From Seison nebaliae (lineage: Eukaryota), in contig JALJEE010000763.1 in assembly GCA_023231475.1 (NCBI GenBank), positions 62,001 to 126,000 on the forward strand: a stretch of 64,000 nucleotides of DNA, given 5' to 3'. Below, piece after piece: positions 34,501-45,699 of the stretch. Each line of letters opens with the position of its first letter. Positions within the stretch are counted from its first letter, which is position 1. The position numbers and the translations under genes were made by a program. Below the pieces are notes generated by a model. It ran no database searches. It saw only the letters and a program-made list of their open reading frames with translations, and had not been told where the DNA came from.

Positions 34501-37381
34501 TCGAACGAAATTCGGATTAGTCGACTCCAATGTATCCATCAATTTACTCAATTGTTCTTTGTATAATTGACCGATTGTTCGGAACATTCCCTTCCTTCTT
34601 GAACCACCAAATGGAGATTCTTGTTGTGCGGCATTTGTATGAGTGTATTCAGCATCTCTCCAAATATTCTTCACAAACTCATCATTCGAATTCTGAAGTA
34701 ACATAACAATATTATCATTTAAAGGATCCATATTTTTGATGAGCCACATATCTGCATTGTAATCGACATTACCGGCATAATGAATAACGGTAAATCCAAC
34801 GGAAGTTCTAAAATCAGATTTGATGAATTTAGGATGAGCATTATGAGCATTCACTAATTTCTCAACGAATGTCTTATCACTCGCTTTAGGGAAGAGACAT
34901 TCCTCGTCTAAGAGAGCGAAGATTCCCATCGGTTTATCAATTAGATCAATGGTTGGTTGAAGATCTAAACCGAAATCAATGAATGTCCAATCAATTCCTT
35001 CTTTCTTATATTCTTCTTGTTCCAAAATGAACATGGTATGATTGAAGAGTTGTTGTAACTTCTCGTTCGTATAATTGATACAGATTTGTTCAAATGAATT
35101 ATATTCGAAAATTTCGAATCCAGCAATATCGAGAATTCCGACAAATGATGCTGCTTGTCTTTTCGAACGATCTAATGATCGATTAATACGATATACGACC
35201 CATTTGAATAATCTTTCATAAATCGCTTTCGTTATTGCTTCAACTGCAAATTCAGCTTGTTCCTTACTCTGTGCTTTCGTCACATATTCTCTCCCCACTT
35301 TTATTTTAGGTTTAAGAAGTGCTCTCGTCCAATCACTCATTTGACATCCGAACAAATGAGCCACTTTCTGAACGACAATATCATCAGGTAATGTGGCTTG
35401 ATCAGTGTTTCTTTCTTGACGAAATTCTACATTGCCCAATTGTAATACTCCACTGACCGTACGAAATATAGCATTAATATCTTCTTTACTCATTCCCATA
35501 ATGTCCATCGCACCTAAAGTCTTCCCATATTCATCCGTATCATTTATGTTCTGTACGACGACATTACCGTTGGAGAGATAACGATAATTTTCCATATTCT
35601 CCAAAATATATTGTGTCTTATCTTCAGCGGTAGCTCCTTTGAGGAATTGGTAGAAGATGTGGAATGTTCTCTCTTTGGGAGCTTGACGGATACATCTCGA
35701 TTTCTCCAATAAATCTATTCAATTTATCATAATTATTTGAATTTGAAAGAAAAATGAAACATGTCTCAATATTAGCACTGGAAATGTATCCAGAATTATC
35801 GAAATTGATTCTAATGAATTTACCGAATCTCGATGAATTATCATTTTTGATCGTTTTCGCATTTCCAAATGCTTCCAAGATCGGATTAGCTTGTAATAAT
35901 TGTGCTTCCAATTCGCCCTAATAATGATAAGAAGAAAATAATTAAAATGAAAAAATAAAATTGAAAGTGAGTGAAAGCATAAGAGAAAATAAAGAGATAT
36001 CATCCAAAATAATCTTGGAAATGTTCTGTTTAAAAAGAAGCAAAGAAGAAAAGAAAAAAAAAGCAAAATGAAACTGACAGCGCTTAAATCATTGAAATAA
36101 TTATTATTGTTAATATTATTATGAATTGAATTAGTCGTTGAATGATTGCCGTAATTTCTTGAAAAATGTTGATAATGATGAGGGTGTTGAGTACAATAGA
36201 TGTTGCATGTTTCACCGGCAACTCCACCCCTTCCTCCATGTTGTCTACAGATCGAATCTCGACTCTTTCCATATTGCGGTCCGCTATATCCTGGTATCGG
36301 TTTATGATAGACGTGTGGCACATCATGTAAATTTGGCTGTTAATTAGCAAATTTAGTTAATTAGTTGGTTGATAGCAGCAAAATTAAAAAGAAATGAAAT
36401 TAATAAAAAAAGGAGAAGAAATCATAAAGAAATAATTGATTGAACAAACTGAAAAGAATAGGAGAGGCAAAGAAATATAATAATGGGAAAGAGTACCGCT
36501 GAGAAATATTCAATATCGGTGTCGCACCTCGAAATTTTCGGCTAATTAAATATTTAATTCGATTAATACTTTTCACCAGAGAGACATTTATTTTTCTTTC
36601 TTTTTTTTTTTAGATTAACAAGTGAACATTTTCCAGCAGATGGAAATGAAGAGAAGAAAAAAAAATATAAATACCTGAACAGCTGCAATATTGGACAATG
36701 ACATTCTTGGTCCATTGGGGAGACGCGGAGCTGCAGCTACATGAGCCAAATATTGGATGACTTTCTTTGTATTTTCTGTTTTACCTGCTCCTGATTCACC
36801 GCTGAAATATTTAGATTAATATGATACAATTGAAGAATAACGAACGTACAAAGAATTGATTGATCTTCTTTATCTTGCAACATCGAACGATATGCATTGT
36901 CGGTAATGGCGAAGATATGTGGTGGACGTTCATGTCTTTTCTTTCCTTTATATGCGGCAATAATCTGTTCAGTATAGATGGGCAATGATCGATACGGATT
37001 AACCACGACACAAAAGAGACCAGAATAAGTATAAATTAATCCAGCATAATATCGATCTCTGAGATTGTGAAGGACAGCCGCCTCATTCAAACATGTCAGA
37101 TCGGCCATATCTTCAACTTTGTCGAATTTGGGAGGATTCATTCGTTGAAGGAGATCTCTCTCCACTTCTACCATTTGTCCTGATAACAATTCTAATCGAA
37201 CTGTTTTCGAACCGGATTGCTCCTCAACAATTGACCCTTTAACAAATCCTTCACTCTCATCCGGAATCCAAACCATTTTCTTCTTTGACCAATCGGCATC
37301 ATTCGCTAATAATACTTTTCCTTCATGTGGTACTTGGAGGACACTCAACGGATTTGAACTTTCGCTTTTATCTCGAACCAT
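28513..37381 (-). CDS. MYH10: Non-muscle myosin II heavy chain (zipper/MYH9-10 class), multi-exon with alternative exons
   Basis: [90 protein letters not shown], a long coiled coil and an acidic tailpiece. Orthology to MYH9/10/11 is collective rather than to one gene. Confidence 0.95.
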
Positions 37382-38603
37382 ATTCCTTTATTTCCTTTTT
37401 ATATGATTTAATGAAAATTCATTAATAAAATGATCGATTCCAAATTGACAATTCGTATCTCTCTCAATCAATTGAATAGAAACAATTCTAATTTGAAATA
37501 AAGAAAAGAAATAACTAGTAACAGGAATTAGAGAAAATTGAATGGATAAATTTTGATAAAAAGTGAAAATTGTTTTTGAAAAACATTTTTAAAAAAAACA
37601 TTTGGAGAATGGGAAAAGTCATTGATGATAATGATGAGATCGACAAACGACGATCATGTAGCAGGAGTTTGAAGGACGATGAAGTCGTGAAAAACATATC
37701 GATGAAATCGACCCTCTTCAATTCGATATTCTTCTCATCATTAACAAAATATTTCTTAAATGTGTCTGTTTATACAGCGATTTCATATACATCAACTTTT
37801 CGTCGAAATAAAGTGACTAAGTGTGAGAAGATCGGATGACACAAATGGCTAGATACGAAAGGAATATCCTGAATTCTCCACACAAAACACATTTGGAGGA
37901 AAAATCAACAAAAACATAAATCATCTGATAATTCACTAATGTAAAGTGACATGATTCACAATATCGAATCGTCAAATGAGGACCGATTGAAATGAGAAAA
38001 TAAACATGAACGTCCTTCAAATGCCAATGGTCATCAATGTCTAACTTTCGTCCGTTAATAATATATATCGTCATTTGTTGTAGATGAAGGAATGTGATCT
38101 AACAAGAAACATCGTTTCATTAGTTATTTTCAAGCAAGTTATTTCAGTTATGCATTCTTACCAAACACCCCTCTTGTCCGTTAGACCAGAGGAGAGAATG
38201 ATGAGGTAAAAGTGAGGAGAAGACCTCGGGACAACAGTTTTTGTGAAATCGGAAAGAGTGAAAACTGATAAACATCTACAAATAAATTAATCGAAAGCTA
38301 TTATTCTCTCTTCTGATGGTGGTCGGCCTATTTCCAATTGTCTTTTCTCTTCACACACTCCACTGCTTCTCTCCTCATCTCTTTCTTTCTTTCTTTTCTT
38401 CTCTTGTACATGAATCTCTTATTGGATATAAATGCACGGACGAATATCCACATCAGTCTCCAGATAGCTGAGACCCATGTTAACTCTTGCTCTTTTGTTC
38501 TCCTTGTGCTGTCGTCATACATCATTCCTTCTACTTGTCCCCACATTTCGCCACCGTCATCTCCTCCATTTGTGAGAACATTTATTTGTAATTCATTTAT
38601 TAA

Positions 38604-38668
38604 CATTCACACACATACATACTCACACAATGACACACATATAACCATACACACACACATACACACAA
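38604..38668. repeat. Imperfect (CA)n microsatellite
   Basis: cattcacacacatacatactcacacaatgacacacatataaccatacacacacacatacacacaa, upstream of the myosin gene. Confidence 0.7.
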
Positions 38669-39992
38669 GTAAACGCGGAGAGAGAAAACGATAACTTAAT
38701 TCTTCTATGGACACATTAATATATGTATGTGGAAAAGTTTCATTTATTCATAAGAATGTCATGAACGCCATTTCATTCATCCATACGTTTGATTAACTTT
38801 CCCTTTCTTTTCAAGAAGATTTGTATGTTTATCGCCACTTCTTATCATAAGACGATTCGGTGACTCATTATTTCGTCACAGAAAAAATTAATTCTATATT
38901 CCATCTTAAAATTCTACGACAATGTCATCACTCTCGAACAATACGAATGGAATGCTCGAAGATTCTATTGCATAAATATGTAATTGGATTGGAAACTGAA
39001 AAAAAAATAAAGATGAATTGAAGACACATATTTATGTGTATATTATCTCATATATATACATATTATATTGATCGCGCTCATTTTTCTCATCTGATCCACA
39101 ATCTGGATTGCGTCTCTTTAATTGACATTCGAATAATTATTAATACTTTCTTTTACCTAACCATCTAATTAAACTCATCTTATCTTCTCTAATTGAGAAG
39201 ACAACATCATCATCATACTTTCCTCATTTTTTATGTGTAGAATACATTGAAAGTTGTTTCTCATCCTGCATATGTACGTTTAAGAACGATAGTCTAATTG
39301 TATGAGAAGCATAATGAGCGTAAGTGCAATTAAACGAATGTCCAATTTATCAATGTAAACGGCAGAAAAAAATTTACTTTCCTTACCTATAGAATTACCA
39401 ACATATTGTGCCTGTTCTATAATTCTTCTACAAACAAAAATTCTCTTTTATTTACTTTACTAACTATTCCCGTCAAAAGTCCTACCACTGAAAAATATTT
39501 GAGTCTTCAAATTGAATTTGAATCATTCTCTGACCTTCCTTAAGGCTAAAAATTAAAATAGATGATTAATATCTATCTCAAACTTATAAAATTTTCTGAA
39601 GCTCTATTCTGTTACGCCGTAGGCTTATTATTTACAATTATTCAATTAATCATATTGGAAAAATTAACATTTTCACTTTTAACATTGAAGAGTTCCTCTA
39701 ACAAAAAAGGGTAAGCTCCTTAGAAAACGTTTCTCATAAAATATACTTTATTCTCCCTTCTTCGTTCATATAAAAAGATATACGCCACTCATGGCACAAC
39801 AATTCCTGTGAGAATCATCACTATTATTCTTATCTCATCAGATAAATGTTCTGATAATACTTCGGAGATACACCCCAAATATATGGAAGAAGTTTATAAA
39901 AATAAAACCTTGAAGCAGTTTAAAATTTATTTAATCTTTCGAAAAACAAATTTGTCTTTTTTTTCGGATGAAGTTCATTAAGCCGAAACAGT

Positions 39993-41579
39993 TTAAACTT
40001 TCACTTTATTATGGCAATGACTACCGGTGGACCATTTGTCACAAATACATTTTGGTTTCATCTTTTTCGAAACGATACACTTCCCGTTGTTATGACAATA
40101 AATACCTGCTAAAATTTGTTTCTTAACATGAGAATTTAATTTAAGATGTTTCTTTTCTTTCACTGCCAATGCACAAGTATCCATTATTTTACTGCAATGT
40201 TCTCCGAAATATGGCTCGACACATTTACATCGATATCCCATTAAAGTCGGGACACATTTTCCTTTGTTGAGACATGGACGATTAAGAGCACATGTGGAAA
40301 CTGGTTTCTCACATTGATTGCCTAGCCATCCGGCGTTGCATTTGCAAGTGAAAGTTTTTGTTGGTGGATGAATGTCACAAATACCGTTAGGAGCACACGG
40401 ATCGGGATGACAAGGATTAACTCGATGTTGACAACGATCTCCAATATATGTTTTTGGACAGGTGCAACGGAATTCTCCTTTTCCTAAATTTACACATGTG
40501 CCACCATTGGAACAAACAGAAAAGCCTGTCAATTTTTCACTAGCACAAATGTCAATCTCTTCACATACTTTCATATCACCTCTCCAAACACCATCGGTGT
40601 CACATATTATTCGATCTGCACCACCAGCTGCTCGATATCCATGTTTACAGCCAGTATAGAGAGTTGTTCCAGGAATGAAAGGATGAGTACCATGCAAAAT
40701 CATCGAATGATCTGATAGTTTAGGTCTCTTACAAAACGGATGTGTCTCTATAACGAGACTCCGTTTATGACGTAAGTAAACACGAGCTTCACAATACATG
40801 CCATAATGGTCCCGAGTACAACGACATCGCCGAAGACCTCGCTTAGTCACCACACAGACGGCATTATTCTTACATGGCTTTCCTGGACATGGTATAGGAA
40901 TCTGAACAGATTCTTCGCATGGACAACTGGGAAAATAACAACTGTTATAACAACCAGATGATCGTCTTCGTTCCCTCATTTGACTGTCCATGCTTGCCAT
41001 ACCATTCAAGTACATCGGTTGAGGATTCATAATCAAAGGAGAATAGGCATTGCCGAATTCTTGATTACCATACATTCCCATATATGCAGGATTACGTCTC
41101 AACCTTTCATGTTTTTTCGCCTGATTATGATGATAATTCATCAAATATTCAGTTATCACATTCTCCTTGGATGCATCACTTAACAATTTGATTGAACACA
41201 AAAATTTCTCATCTTTTGTTGTCGTATGGAAATATAGTTGACAATTTTGTTCCACATTCTCAGTCATGAAAGTTTCATTCTGCTTCATACGTTTACACCC
41301 GTATACCATCGACCGATATTTCAGGCAGTTTTCATTTTTCAACTGTGCAACATAATTATGATTATTACAATTGATAACATAATCATGTTCATCATTCTTT
41401 CGATCTATAGTCACATGAAAATAATCGGACTTATGATAACTCTTATCATTGATACACTCATAAATGAGGCTGGTTAACGTTTGGTTCGGACCAGTTTGAA
41501 TGGTCAAATCCGTAGTGTCACTTGCAACCAAACTAATAAATACCATGACCATTACCAGGAAACTTTCCAAATGATTCAT
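39993..41579 (-). CDS. Secreted EGF/sushi polyprotein A (signal, pro-region, furin sites, EGF, sushi, 4 EGF)
   Basis: 528-aa ORF with a signal peptide, RLRR/RRRS/RHKR sites, EGF repeats (C.NGG.C...C.C...G..C) and a CCP domain (C..GY...G...I.C..DG.W....C). Confidence 0.85.
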   Translation of the reverse strand: MNHLESFLVMVMVFISLVASDTTDLTIQTGPNQTLTSLIYECINDKSYHKSDYFHVTIDRKNDEHDYVINCNNHNYVAQLKNENCLKYRSMVYGCKRMKQNETFMTENVEQNCQLYFHTTTKDEKFLCSIKLLSDASKENVITEYLMNYHHNQAKKHERLRRNPAYMGMYGNQEFGNAYSPLIMNPQPMYLNGMASMDSQMRERRRSSGCYNSCYFPSCPCEESVQIPIPCPGKPCKNNAVCVVTKRGLRRCRCTRDHYGMYCEARVYLRHKRSLVIETHPFCKRPKLSDHSMILHGTHPFIPGTTLYTGCKHGYRAAGGADRIICDTDGVWRGDMKVCEEIDICASEKLTGFSVCSNGGTCVNLGKGEFRCTCPKTYIGDRCQHRVNPCHPDPCAPNGICDIHPPTKTFTCKCNAGWLGNQCEKPVSTCALNRPCLNKGKCVPTLMGYRCKCVEPYFGEHCSKIMDTCALAVKEKKHLKLNSHVKKQILAGIYCHNNGKCIVSKKMKPKCICDKWSTGSHCHNKVKV

Positions 41580-41960
41580 TCTTTTCGGGTATATGTCTGC
41601 AGTTAAATTAACTAGAAATTACTACTTGTAAGAAAATTTTGATTCAAGCGACTTCGTTTTTTTTCGTTTCGATATTTCTCATCCGCAAATTTTTCTTATT
41701 GTTGAAAATGAAAATTTATTTTAAAAATGCGAATAATATTCCCTATAGATTTTGCTTTACATACTAAATTTTTTCCAACTGTCGACTGCGTGAGGGAAAA
41801 TGAAGCAAATTTAAACAATTAAAATTAATAATTTTTAACAAAAAAATAATACCGTTAAGTTGAAAATAAAAAAATTTCTAAAAATATTTTATTTAATTTC
41901 TTCGATTTTATTTTGAGGGAAGCAGTTAAATGTCATATAAATTTTTGATTTATTCTGAAT

Positions 41961-42902
41961 TCAAGGTAGCGCAGCTTCACAGACAGCACCAAAGAATGGT
42001 TTTTTGCATGCACATTTGAAGTCATTTTGTTGTGATTGATAACACATTCCTCCATTTAGACACGGTCCTTGTTGTCCACATGGAACAGCAACTAGATCTT
42101 CTTGTTGACATTCTTGTTGACATGTAGGTGACTTACAATAATTGCAGACAGCCCGTAATTTTCTGTAGAAGTAATTATCAGGATATTGTAGTGGCATCGG
42201 CATTGGAGCGACCATTCCATTCGGCGCCATTGGCAACATACGTTTCTGCAAAGAAAAATGAGCACGTTTTTGACGATAAGTATTAGAGGAGTAAGGTTGG
42301 AGATAAGACTGAACGTTTCGTTGACTTTGATATAGAGGATAACTTCTCTTGTTTCGCTTGTACACCTGGACCTTTTTCTTATATAAATCCTGATTATGAC
42401 GATGATGGTGATAATGTTCAATTTCATTTAAATTTTTATTGTTTATTAGAGAGATCTCATAATACAGATGAGTTAATTGACGATATTTCCGATTGGAGCA
42501 TTTGATGACGATTTGAGGACATTGAATTCGGAAATGGATCAATGTATTTCTGAATGAAACGAAACGATGCTCAATCGATAGATTTTTCTTTGTTATGTGT
42601 TCACTACAACCGAATCTGACAAAGGAACCATTAGTAGATTGATCCATTCGCAATTTCGAGTAATTGTATAAGATATCGTCTTTTTTCGTTAAACTGATAT
42701 TGAATGGAACTGGAATGTTGAAGGGTGTCAGATTTTTGAGTGGATCATCTGATGGTAGTAACCATCTGCAGATTGACATATCCGAGTTATTGCGAACTCC
42801 GAATGAAAGTCCGATGACGCTTCTCGATTTATCTGTAACTGGAACAGATAAATGGCGTTGGATTAGTATAAATAGGAACAAGAGATTCCTTGCTAATTTC
42901 AT
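41961..42902 (-). CDS. Secreted pro-protein B with a single C-terminal EGF domain
   Basis: ATG at 42902 gives a signal-like MKLARNLLFLFILIQRHLS, then RNKR/RQKR/QKR/RKLR sites, a Met/Pro-rich peptide and the EGF PCLNGGMC...FKCACKKPFFGAVCE. Confidence 0.8.
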   Translation of the reverse strand: MKLARNLLFLFILIQRHLSVPVTDKSRSVIGLSFGVRNNSDMSICRWLLPSDDPLKNLTPFNIPVPFNISLTKKDDILYNYSKLRMDQSTNGSFVRFGCSEHITKKNLSIEHRFVSFRNTLIHFRIQCPQIVIKCSNRKYRQLTHLYYEISLINNKNLNEIEHYHHHRHNQDLYKKKVQVYKRNKRSYPLYQSQRNVQSYLQPYSSNTYRQKRAHFSLQKRMLPMAPNGMVAPMPMPLQYPDNYFYRKLRAVCNYCKSPTCQQECQQEDLVAVPCGQQGPCLNGGMCYQSQQNDFKCACKKPFFGAVCEAALP

Positions 42903-43015
42903 TTTTGATGTAACGAATAGAAGAACGAAGAAAATATTGGAATTTTCCAAATTGGATTTTGACGAATATCGTATTGTTTTATTATTATTAACGACTTATA
43001 GTTAAAAATGAAATT

Positions 43016-45699
43016 ATGCGCGAAATGTCTAAAAATTTTCCGTTGCTTTTTCTGCTACTCTTCAATTTTTTTTCATTAAGTAAATGTGTTAGCAGATATC
43101 GATGTTACAATTATCGGGGATATACCAGTCGTAAGGTAATGATTGAACGAGCTCGTCGGTTGAGAACTATTCGTCATTATAGTTTGGAAGATTGCAAATG
43201 GACTTGTAATCTGATAAGAGCTTGTAAAGTTTTGGAATGGTCACATTCTCGACGAGTTTGTCGCATGTTTGAACATATTCGAAGAAAGCATATGATTGCT
43301 GATGATGATCATGACGTTTTCTATAAGAGACGGTGTGGTTTGGGTCGACAGGAAGTACCTGCCCAAACTTCGGCTACAGCTTGTAAGTATGCTGTATTGC
43401 CATGGCAACGGACAAGAACTTATAAGAATGTCGCTAAACGTTTTCATGTGAGAACGGCTAATCCGAAGGCATGTAAGAGAATTTGTAACGGAATACGGAC
43501 TTGTGAAGGTTTCCAACATATGAGACAAGGCAGTCACCACGGCCTCTGTAAATTATTACGAAGTGTCAATCCATGGTCATTGAGACCATCCCATCGTTGG
43601 GCAATTTATACGAAAGAAGATTGTGTAACTACAGTTTATAATGGACCATTCTCATTGTTATCTGGTGCTCTATCCAAATGTAGTTATCATCCAATGCAAT
43701 TTAAAACATCTCGTAGTAAAGGAAACATATTGAGAGCGGTACGCGGCGTATTTATGGGATTGGAGGCATGTAAAAGACAATGTAATGCAATGCAGATATG
43801 TCAAGGTGTTGAGTATCATGGAGCTTTCAAAGGACAAGGTGTATGCAAATTATTAAAATCCGCTCAGGAATGGGATTTGCGAGATGCATTCCATTCAGTT
43901 GTCTATGCAAAAATTGGATGTCAATTTGCTGATCATGGAACAAGTGATCCTTGTGAACCTAATCCTTGTATGAATCAAGGACGTTGCCAAGCAACTTCCT
44001 CTAATTATGTTTGTCATTGTCCTCATGGTTATGTGGGAGCGGCTTGTGAACATGGACATTTCCTTCCTTTTGAATCATATGGAAATCCAGAGAATTTGGT
44101 CGCTTCTCATTTCCACGTACATGGAAGATTTAAAAGAGGATTTTTAAGTCGTTATGATGCTGATGTGCAACAGGCACCAAGGAATTACTTCGATTTAAAT
44201 AAAAAATCTGCTTTCACTCATGACGACATAGATCATGACGATTTGGATTTTTACGATAACATAAAGAAACATATAGAAAATCCGAATGAATTAGATTTGG
44301 GTGATTATGAAACTTTGGATCCAGGTGTGATGGATGCAGATGAATCACTTGAAAAATATCCAAGACGTCTACCTGCCGCTCCATTTGACCAGTCGAACAA
44401 TGCTGTATACGAATCACGAATTCAAAAAATGATCGAATATCCTGAATTGTATGAGACTGGAAGAGAACTTAATTTCGATTTTAATGACAATCCAGAATTC
44501 TATGAATTAATTAGATATTGTTTATTTAATCGATGTCGTCGATCAACCATTCAACAATTCAATTTGAAATTGAAACATATTCCCGAAGAAAAGATATTAT
44601 CAATAGTCAACCGATCACAAAATGTTTACGGTTAACAATAGTTTATTTTTTCTAGTTGAAATTTAATTATTTTCCAGAGAAATTATTGTCTTATCACAAT
44701 CGGAAATCGTTTAAATGTCCAAACTGCTTCCAAATTAGACATCGTCGTCATGTTTTGCTTTATCCTTGTGATAAAGGTAATCCATGCCAACATGGAGGTA
44801 CTTGTGTGGATGTTACCCCCCATTATGCCGTTTGCAATTGTCGTCACAATTTCCTAGGGCGATATTGTGAATATGAACAAGGTTGTCCATTGCCTATCAT
44901 CGGACCTCATGTTGGAATTACTTCTCCTTTTAGGCCTTGGATGAAATTCTATGTCGGAGTTTCCGTCCATTTACGATGTCGGAAAGGTTATGAGCAAATC
45001 GAAGGATCTAATGAAATTATGTGTAATAATTACGGGAGATGGGCCGGCACCATGCCAATATGTCGAGAAGAGAATACTTGTGAAATTTTAGAATCTCATT
45101 TGATTAGAGTTTGTAAAAATGGTGGTACATGCGTCCATTTGGGTCTCGGTCATTTTACATGTGTTTGTCCCTTCGGTTACACGGGAAGATTTTGCGAAGT
45201 GGCCATAATTCACTGTAAACACTATAACACTTGTGTGCATGGTACTTGTGTGAAAATTTCGATAAGAGTTCCTCCACCCAACTTCCGTTGTCGATGTCAC
45301 GATCATTGGAGTGGTGATCGTTGTTCAATTCCAGTAAATCACAACATTTGTGCACTTAGAAAACTGTGCCATAATGGAGGAACTTGTATTCATACGAGAC
45401 ACGGATATAGGTGTATATGTCCTCATCATTTCCACGGTGTTCTATGTGAATTTCCAGATCCTCCCTGTTACCAATTTCGATCGATGTGGAAAATGCAAAA
45501 AACTTACGTTGCCAAAAGAATTCTTAAGGGTCGGTGGTGTTTGAATGGAGGAAATTGTTTTCTTTCTGTATTGGAGGAAGAACCGTATTGCCGATGTAGA
45601 GAATATGCTTTCGGATATCGATGCGAATACTGTAAAAGAAAGCCGAGGTTGAACAAATGTAAAAATTATAAATTGCACCATCCCATCCAAATTTTGTAA
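43016..45699 (+). CDS. Secreted PAN/apple-EGF-sushi polyprotein C (about 878 aa); one 47-nt intron 44631-44677
   Basis: Signal peptide, three PAN-like repeats (CK..CN....C.G.....C.LL), EGF, RFKR, acidic spacer, RHRR, EGF, sushi, 4 EGF. A GTT...CCAG phase-1 intron fuses ORFs 43016-44635 and 44656-45699. Confidence 0.85.
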
